Below, piece after piece: positions 58,086 to 64,000 of a stretch of 64,000 nt of DNA (positions within the stretch are counted from its first letter, which is position 1; each line of letters starts with the position of its first letter). This stretch comes from an uncultured Acetobacteraceae bacterium. GTDB taxonomy: Bacteria; Pseudomonadota; Alphaproteobacteria; Acetobacterales; Acetobacteraceae. The translations under genes and the position numbers were made by a program. Location: contig CAXTVZ010000001.1 of assembly GCA_964247685.1 (NCBI GenBank), positions 56,800 through 120,799 of the forward strand. The letters run 5' to 3'. Under the pieces are notes generated by a model. That model was not told where the DNA came from, made no database searches, and was given only the letters and a program-made list of their open reading frames with translations.

Positions 58086-59239
58086 TGCGTATCGAGGTCC
58101 GCAACCGCTGCTCCGACTTCGACAGCTACCGCGCAGCGCGCGTCAAGTCGCTGTTCAACGCTGAGACCGGCTGCAACTTTACGCTCGACGCAGACATGCC
58201 GGTCGAGGACCGACCGTGGACGATCGGCGTGGTGGTCGGGCCGTCCGGGTCGGGCAAGACCAGCATCGGCCGGCGGATCTTTGGCGGCGAGGCGTTCTAC
58301 GAACCCGGCTGGCGCGACGACGCGCCGGTTGTCGACTGCATCGCCCCCGACGGCGACTTCAACGAGGTGACGGCCGCGCTGGCGGCGGTGGGCCTGGGCG
58401 ACGTGCCGTCCTGGTTGCGCCCCTACGCGGTGCTGTCGAACGGCGAGAAGTTCCGCGCCGACCTGGCGCGCATCGTCGCGGAGAAGCCCGAGCACGTGGT
58501 CATCGACGAGTTCACCTCAGTCGTGGACCGGCAGATTGCCAAGATCGGCGCGCTCGCGTTTCAGAAGTCCTGGCGCCGCACCAAGGGTCAGGCCGTGCTG
58601 CTGTCCTGTCACTATGACGTCTTGGAATGGGTGCAGCCGGATTGGGTGTTCGACACCCAGCGGCGAGAGTTCGATTGGGTGCGTCTTCAACGGCCCAGAA
58701 TCGAGCTGGAAATTAGGCAGACAGACGGAAGTTACTGGCCGCTCTTTGCTCCACATCACTATCTGAAGCTGCCGCGCATGGTCGCCGCAACGTATTACGT
58801 TGGAGTGATCAACGGCGAGCCAGTGGCGCACCTTGGCGTGGCGCCCAAGCTGGAAAGCAACGGCATGCGGGCGAGCCGGCTGGTCATCATGCCGGAGTGG
58901 CAGGGCGCCGGCGTCGGGCTTCGCTTCCTCAACGCCATTTCCGAGATCCACTTGCGCGGCGAAGGGAAGTACGGCGACCGCGTTAAGACGATGTTCTTTG
59001 GCACGTCGCATCCAGGCCTGTGCTCGGCTCTCCGCCGCGACCCTCGCTGGGAGCAGACGGCCTGCGAGCTCTACGGTCAGAACAAGCTGAGATCCGTGGC
59101 GTCGGTCCAAAAGAGTGCACGCCAGGCGGGGCGCGGCCTCATACAGGCCGGTTTTGGCGGACATTTCCGCGCGGTTCAGGGGTTCGCCTACCGTCGGTCG
59201 ACGATGCGCTACCTAGAACAGCAAAAGGCCGCCGCGTGA
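58085..59239 (+). CDS. ABC-type ATPase fused to GNAT acetyltransferase-like domain
   Basis: VVGPSGSGKTS, LSNGEKFRADLAR, VVIDEFTSVVD; C-terminal RLVIMPEWQGAGVGLRFL (GNAT motif A); TGATG overlap. Confidence 0.7.
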   Translation: MRIEVRNRCSDFDSYRAARVKSLFNAETGCNFTLDADMPVEDRPWTIGVVVGPSGSGKTSIGRRIFGGEAFYEPGWRDDAPVVDCIAPDGDFNEVTAALAAVGLGDVPSWLRPYAVLSNGEKFRADLARIVAEKPEHVVIDEFTSVVDRQIAKIGALAFQKSWRRTKGQAVLLSCHYDVLEWVQPDWVFDTQRREFDWVRLQRPRIELEIRQTDGSYWPLFAPHHYLKLPRMVAATYYVGVINGEPVAHLGVAPKLESNGMRASRLVIMPEWQGAGVGLRFLNAISEIHLRGEGKYGDRVKTMFFGTSHPGLCSALRRDPRWEQTACELYGQNKLRSVASVQKSARQAGRGLIQAGFGGHFRAVQGFAYRRSTMRYLEQQKAAA

Positions 59240-59934
59240 CGCCGCTGCGCATCATCTTCTGCGGTCAGCGCTCGTTCGGCGCAGCCGCGCTCGAGGCGCT
59301 GCTCAAGGCCGGCCACCAGGTGCTCGCCGCCTACGTGCCGGAACCGGGTGCCGACCAGCGCGGGCTCGACCGGGCGCTGATGGCCGCCGACCGGCTGCGG
59401 GTGCCCATCAGGCACGGCCTGCGGGCCGCCACGATGCCCGCCGACGCCGACCTCGTCGTCTGCGCGCACAGCCACGACTTCGTCTCCGCGCCGACGCTGC
59501 GGAAGACCCGCTTGGGCGGCATCGGCTACCACCCTTCCCTGTTGCCGCGGCATCGCGGCCGCGACGCCGTGGAGTGGACGGTGCGCATGGGTGACCGGGT
59601 GACCGGCGGTTCCGTCTACTGGCTGTCCGACACCGTCGACGCTGGCCCGCTGGCGGCGCAGCGCCACGTCATGGTGCGCCCGGCCGACACCGCCTCGGAG
59701 CTCTGGCGGCGCGAGCTATTCCCCCTCGGCGTCCGGCTGCTCGCCAGCGCGTGCCGCGACATCGCCGCCGGCAGGCTGGTCACCGTGCCACAAGACGAAG
59801 CGTGCGCGACGTGGGAGCCGTCGATCGGACGCGCGCCACTGTTCCGGCCGGACCTGCCGATGCTGGCCGCACCTGGCAGCGCCGGCATGGCCCACATCGT
59901 GTCGTGGGACGCGGCCTCAGACCAGGCCGCGTAG
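59236..59934 (+). CDS. formyltransferase (Fmt/PurN-like)
   Basis: IIFCGQRSFG and GYHPSLLPRHRGRDAVEW; GTGA overlap. Confidence 0.8.
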   Translation: MTPLRIIFCGQRSFGAAALEALLKAGHQVLAAYVPEPGADQRGLDRALMAADRLRVPIRHGLRAATMPADADLVVCAHSHDFVSAPTLRKTRLGGIGYHPSLLPRHRGRDAVEWTVRMGDRVTGGSVYWLSDTVDAGPLAAQRHVMVRPADTASELWRRELFPLGVRLLASACRDIAAGRLVTVPQDEACATWEPSIGRAPLFRPDLPMLAAPGSAGMAHIVSWDAASDQAA

Positions 59935-60330
59935 CGACTCAAGAACGAGATCTGGCGCGGCAAAGAAGCCCAGCTGTCCAAGGGCCGGGACGAACGGCAG
60001 CGCGCGCGCGTGGGCGAGCACGAAGCCGTAAGGCCCGAAAAACCAGGGGCTGTCCGAGGCGGTCACGCAGTCGGTGATTTCCGCGTAGCCGACGATACCC
60101 GCAAACGCGGGCTCGTTGGTCGGCATGCGCGCTGCGTATCGAGCGAGGTCGGGCCGGCGCATGTCGGAACGCGACGCGCCCGAATGAATCAGGATGGGCC
60201 CGCGGTAGGACGTCGGCCACTTCCGGTTCTCGACGTCCTTGCCGATGTCGGGCGTCACGATCATGAACGCCCACGGCTGCTTAATGCTCAGGCACGGCAG
60301 GGTGACACCAGGCGGACAGGATCGAAACAT
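59917..60330 (-). CDS. ASCH domain protein
   Basis: LSIKQPWAFMIV...KDVENRKW...GPILIHSG; start ATG 60330 or GTG 60345; 3' end overlaps formyltransferase by 18 nt. Confidence 0.7.
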   Translation of the reverse strand: MFRSCPPGVTLPCLSIKQPWAFMIVTPDIGKDVENRKWPTSYRGPILIHSGASRSDMRRPDLARYAARMPTNEPAFAGIVGYAEITDCVTASDSPWFFGPYGFVLAHARALPFVPALGQLGFFAAPDLVLESLRGLV

Positions 60331-60336
60331 GCTCAC

Positions 60337-60359
60337 GGGGGGCACTACACATGCCCCCC
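60337..60359 (-). terminator. perfect 8-bp GC hairpin after CDS 60376..61266
   Basis: GGGGGGCA-N7-TGCCCCCC; followed on minus strand by GUGAGCAUGUUUCG. Confidence 0.4.
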
Positions 60360-60375
60360 GCCGGCGGTCAATCCG

Positions 60376-61266
60376 TTACGCTGTGGCCTGTTCGCCCAGC
60401 GCGTAGCACGGCTCCTTTCCGATTTTCGTTGTCACCAGCGGCCGACCTTGCGAGGCGGCCACTTTCTTGAGGTAGAAGCTGCTCGGCTTGGTGTTCCAGC
60501 CCGCCGCGCGCTGTAGCTGCGAGATGGTCGCGCCGCCGGGTGCGTCGAGCAGGGCCACGATCTTGTCGCGCACGCCGCCCTTGCGCGGTGCCTGACCCTG
60601 GCCCTCGGCCTTGCCGCGTTGCGCCTTCACATTCCGGCTCTCGACGACCTGCACAATGTCGAGCGTCTCGCCCTTGCGGATGGTGACCGGCAGCTTGAGC
60701 TGCTTGGACAGCTTGCTCGCCCACATCACCGACCCCTGCGCCGGGAAGGCTATGCAGAGGAACACCTCGCCCTGCGGCACCGCGGCGGTCTCGACGTCGG
60801 CAGTATGCACGACCTCGCCGTTGCTGGCGGTGGCCACGATCGTCAGGCCGTTGGCATTGGCGACGTCGTTGGCCGCAGCAGCGGCCAAGGTGTGCTCGGT
60901 CACAGCCCACGTGTTGCTGTCGAGGTCGCTCAGCGTGACGGTGCCGCCTGCGTCCACGGTGGCGTCGAGCACCGGCGCGGTGCCCTCGCTGGCCGCGCTG
61001 CCGACAACGGTGGTGGCGGCATCGTCGGCGAACAGCTCGTCGGCCGTCAGCGCGCGCGCTGGGGCGCCGGCCTCGACGGACGCAACCGCTGCGTCGTCGG
61101 TGGCCTCCGCGTCGTCGTCCCCGCCGTTGGCGATGATGTAGACGTAGCCTGCGGCCTCAAGCTTGATGTCGATGTCGGCCTGGGTGAGCTTGCCGCCGCT
61201 CTTTTCGATTTCCTTGCGAGCCGCGCGGGCGCAGTTGGAACGGTTCGTAAAGGGCTTGCTGATCAT
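60376..61266 (-). CDS. acidic protein with DUF3489-like C-terminal wHTH
   Basis: AAGGA upstream of ATG 61266; C-terminal GATISQLQRAAGWNTKPSSFYLKK. Confidence 0.5.
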   Translation of the reverse strand: MISKPFTNRSNCARAARKEIEKSGGKLTQADIDIKLEAAGYVYIIANGGDDDAEATDDAAVASVEAGAPARALTADELFADDAATTVVGSAASEGTAPVLDATVDAGGTVTLSDLDSNTWAVTEHTLAAAAANDVANANGLTIVATASNGEVVHTADVETAAVPQGEVFLCIAFPAQGSVMWASKLSKQLKLPVTIRKGETLDIVQVVESRNVKAQRGKAEGQGQAPRKGGVRDKIVALLDAPGGATISQLQRAAGWNTKPSSFYLKKVAASQGRPLVTTKIGKEPCYALGEQATA

Positions 61267-61326
61267 CGTCGGTGTCCTTGCTTGCGCTGGGTCAGTCCCT
61301 CGCGCTGAAACAACGATTGCTCGCTC

Positions 61327-61355
61327 TTTTTTACCCGAGCAAGCAGATTTCATGC
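61327..61355 (+). promoter_or_regulatory. candidate promoter of packaging operon
   Basis: CAACgaTTGCTC-N17-CAAGCA in AT-rich gap; TTGCTCG/CGAGCAA inverted repeat. Confidence 0.3.
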
Positions 61356-61448
61356 GATCACAAAAAATATTCTGCGGCTGACCCGTCATCCACTTGTGCG
61401 ACGGGTGCCGCTTTTTCGGGAGCGATGGCATTAGCCGCGCTGTGACAC

Positions 61449-61889
61449 ATGGACGAAACACCGGAAACGCTGCCCGCCAGAAAGCCGCGACGCGGACGAC
61501 CGAAGTTCGAGCCCACCCCGGCGCAACGAGTGACAGCGCTCGCGTTGAAAGCCGCTGGCTCGCCGCACGCCGTGATCGCGTCGATCATGGAAATTCCGCT
61601 GCGGACCTTCGACCGCCATTTCAAGCGGGAGATCGCGCAAGGCCACGAGGAGGTCACCGCGCGCATTGCGCACGGCCTGATTGGACGGGCGCTAGGCGGA
61701 GACAACGACGCGGCCAAGTTCTTCCTGCGAACCCGTGCCGGCTGGACGACGCGCACGGAGGTGACAGGCGCCGAGGGCGGTCCGATTGACATCCGCAACA
61801 TCTCCACTGATCAGCTCACTGCAGCGCTTATCGCCTTCGCAGAGAGCGACGGTGCTGGCGAGGATGGCGCAGGAGCTGAGGAGGCGTAA
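61449..61889 (+). CDS. terminase small subunit-like protein
   Basis: RGRPKFEPTPAQR, HTH segment, AAKFFLRTRAGW; directly upstream of large terminase. Confidence 0.6.
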   Translation: MDETPETLPARKPRRGRPKFEPTPAQRVTALALKAAGSPHAVIASIMEIPLRTFDRHFKREIAQGHEEVTARIAHGLIGRALGGDNDAAKFFLRTRAGWTTRTEVTGAEGGPIDIRNISTDQLTAALIAFAESDGAGEDGAGAEEA

Positions 61890-63294
61890 GACCTGGACGC
61901 CCTTCGCCGGCCCGCAGACGGCGGCGCTCAACAGCGCCGCGGACATCCTGTTCTACGGCGGGGCCGCCGGCGGCGGTAAGACCGACCTCATCTGCGGCGC
62001 GGCCATTACGCGGCATCACAAGTCGATCATCTTCCGGCGCGAGTACGGCGAGCTTGCCGGCATCATGGACCGCGCCGCCGAGCTGCTCGAGGGCCGTGGC
62101 TCCTACAACGGGCAGCGCCGGCTCTGGAAGATCGACGACCAGCAGCGCCGCATGGAATTTGGCGCGGTCCAGTTCGAACAGGACGTGCGCAAGTTTCAGG
62201 GCCGCCCGCACGACCTCAAAGCCTTCGACGAAATCACCAATTTTACCGAGTCGCAGTTCCGCTTCCTGATGGGCTGGAATCGAAGTGCCCGCCCCGGGCA
62301 GCGCTCGCGCGTGATCTGCACCGGCAACCCACCGACCACGGCCGAGGGCGACTGGGTCATCGAGTTCTGGGGGCCCTGGCTTAACAAGACACACCCCAAT
62401 CCGGCGGTTCAGGGCGAGCTGCGCTGGTTCGCGACGGTCGCTGGCAAAGACGTCGAGGTTGCGGATTCGACGCCCTTCAAGGTCAAGGGTGAGGAAGACC
62501 TGATCACGCCGAAGTCGCGGACGTTCATCCGCGCTCGCGTGCAGGACAACCCGGTCTACATGGCGTCGGGTTACCTGGCGACCTTGCAGGCGCTGCCCGA
62601 GCCGCTGCGCTCGCAGATGCTGTTTGGCGACTTCTCCGCCGGCCAGGACGACGCGCCGCGCCAGGTCATTCCGACGGCGTGGGTGCTCGCGGCACAGGCG
62701 CGGTGGACGGAGAAGCCGCCTGCCCCGATTTCTGCGCTGGGCGTCGACGTGGCCCGCGGCGGTGCCGACAAGACCGTCATCACGCCCCGCCACGGCGTCT
62801 GGTTCGGCAAGCAGCTGTCGCATCCCGGCAGCACCACCCCGGACGGTCGCGTGGTCGCGCAGATGTGCCTGGAGGCCATCCCAACCGGCACCGCACCGTC
62901 GGTGCAAATCGACATCACCGGCGTCGGGTCGAGCCCCTACGACATGGCGCTGATGCTTGGCATGCGCGCGGCGGCCATGAACGGCTCCGCCCGCAGCGAT
63001 GCCACCGACAAGAGCGGGCGGTTGGGCTTTTTAAACGCCCGCGCCGAATGGTGGTGGCTGCTGCGCGAGGCGCTCGACCCTGACGTGGGCGAGGACCTCG
63101 CCATTCCGCCGGACCGCGAACTGCTGGCCGACCTGACCGCGCCGCGCTGGCAGCCCTGCACTAAGGGCATCCAGATCGAGAGCAAGGACGACATCAAGTC
63201 GCGCATCGGCAGGTCGCCCGATAAGGGCGAGAGCCTTGTCTACGCTTTCGGGCGCGCGACCCAGGCCTACGACGATACGATGAGCTGGGTCTGA
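61864..63294 (+). CDS. terL: terminase large subunit
   Basis: Walker A LFYGGAAGGGKTD, KAFDEITNF Walker B-like, C-terminal nuclease-sized domain; start ATG 61864 inside ORF 61786..63294. Confidence 0.9.
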   Translation: MAQELRRRKTWTPFAGPQTAALNSAADILFYGGAAGGGKTDLICGAAITRHHKSIIFRREYGELAGIMDRAAELLEGRGSYNGQRRLWKIDDQQRRMEFGAVQFEQDVRKFQGRPHDLKAFDEITNFTESQFRFLMGWNRSARPGQRSRVICTGNPPTTAEGDWVIEFWGPWLNKTHPNPAVQGELRWFATVAGKDVEVADSTPFKVKGEEDLITPKSRTFIRARVQDNPVYMASGYLATLQALPEPLRSQMLFGDFSAGQDDAPRQVIPTAWVLAAQARWTEKPPAPISALGVDVARGGADKTVITPRHGVWFGKQLSHPGSTTPDGRVVAQMCLEAIPTGTAPSVQIDITGVGSSPYDMALMLGMRAAAMNGSARSDATDKSGRLGFLNARAEWWWLLREALDPDVGEDLAIPPDRELLADLTAPRWQPCTKGIQIESKDDIKSRIGRSPDKGESLVYAFGRATQAYDDTMSWV

Positions 63295-63324
63295 CGCCGC
63301 AGAACCACGAGTAAGAGGCTGCCT

Positions 63325-64000
63325 ATGTCGGGATCGGGATCGAATATCGGCCCCGCGCTCAACGCGCGCTCGGTCACGATCCCGATTCACGCAGGCACGC
63401 CCTTCGACTACAACTGGGCCGTCTACCCGCCGAAGGATCCGGAAGACGTCCTGCAGTTCAGGATCAACGCGAACAATTTTCTGACCGACGCCGGCACAAC
63501 CTTTGCCGGAACGCCCTCCATTATTCCGAACTCGCCCGACCTCACCGTCAGCGGCATCACCGTCGTCGGTAACGCGGTGATGTTCACCGTCGCCGGCGGT
63601 GTCGTCGCAGCACGCTACGCCTTGGTGATGACCGCGGCGCTCGCCAACGGCGACGTCCTGTCGCGCACGGTGTTCCTGCCGGTTATTCCGCAGTACACGG
63701 TTGGCTATCCGCCACAGACCGTCATCGCCACCGGCGCGCCAGGCCGCGGCATCGCCGTCATCACGCAGCCGGACGACGAGCCCGGCAGCCTGCTGGTCAC
63801 CTACACCGACGGCACCTCGCAGCTGATCGCCCTACCCGGCGGTGATGCCGCGCTGTCGGTCGCCTCGGTCGAGGCGCTGAGCACCGCCGACCAAGCCGAG
63901 ATCATCAACCTGCTGCTGTCCAGCCTGCCGACGACTTCGGCCGGTCTCGCTGACGGCGCCTGGTGGAACGACGGCGGCAGCATCGTCCAGTTCGAAGGCG
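63325..64000 (+). CDS. hypothetical protein, 5' fragment (runs off window)
   Basis: ATG after AAGAGG; frame stays open for 225 codons to the window end; high GC3. Confidence 0.5.
   Translation, partial: MSGSGSNIGPALNARSVTIPIHAGTPFDYNWAVYPPKDPEDVLQFRINANNFLTDAGTTFAGTPSIIPNSPDLTVSGITVVGNAVMFTVAGGVVAARYALVMTAALANGDVLSRTVFLPVIPQYTVGYPPQTVIATGAPGRGIAVITQPDDEPGSLLVTYTDGTSQLIALPGGDAALSVASVEALSTADQAEIINLLLSSLPTTSAGLADGAWWNDGGSIVQFEG

Larger units (their letters stand above)
1..64000. mobile_element. Tailed-phage / prophage genome segment
   Basis: Dense small ORFs with ATGA/GTGA/TGATG overlaps, terminase small+large subunits at 61449-63294, fibre-like repeat protein, recombinases, methylases, many phage-typical small domains (DUF551-like, DUF1643-like, ASCH, NADAR); no housekeeping genes seen. 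Confidence 0.8.

Overview
This high-GC window (about two-thirds G+C by eye) reads as one contiguous tailed-phage or prophage segment. It holds about 130 mostly small, tightly packed ORFs, many with 1-4 nt start/stop overlaps, in alternating strand blocks. It ends in a packaging module: small and large terminase at 61.4-63.3 kb, then an ORF that runs off the window. All product names come from motifs read in the translations. No database search was possible, so they are hypotheses. Recognisable products: two small serine recombinases; three DNA methyltransferases, one fused to an SNF2 helicase (1686 aa, DarB-like); a GcrA-like domain protein; a PAPS-reductase-like PP-loop protein; NADAR; a minimal KxDG ligase-like protein; a HerA-like ATPase; a GH16 hydrolase; a GT2-like protein; an HNH lipoprotein; a DUF900-type hydrolase; a ParB-like protein; an ABC-ATPase::GNAT fusion; a formyltransferase; an ASCH protein; and a repeat-rich fibre protein. 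The GcrA-like, RHH_4-like and DUF3489-like products suggest an alphaproteobacterial host (inference). I saw no rRNA, tRNA, CRISPR array, reverse transcriptase or transposase. The most interesting signals are: (1) three interlocking families of short conserved non-coding elements, namely a bulged stem-loop fixed 17-24 nt upstream of at least 15 start codons, a 29-bp promoter-like module with a near-invariant boxB-like spacer hairpin, and a CAACA-N3-TGTTG palindrome overlapping the -35 at about 10 sites; (2) a low-GC array of translationally coupled mini-genes behind an RHH gene and a serine invertase, in which eight consecutive genes share a common 5' leader (MSTEPQTQ, up to 25 identical nt); (3) a ParB-like / ABC-ATPase::GNAT / formyltransferase operon with a convergent ASCH gene beside the terminase, a candidate nucleic-acid acylation system; (4) a methylase-helicase / methylase / GcrA-like epigenetic module. 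Many start codons are uncertain, and several apparent frameshifts may be assembly errors.
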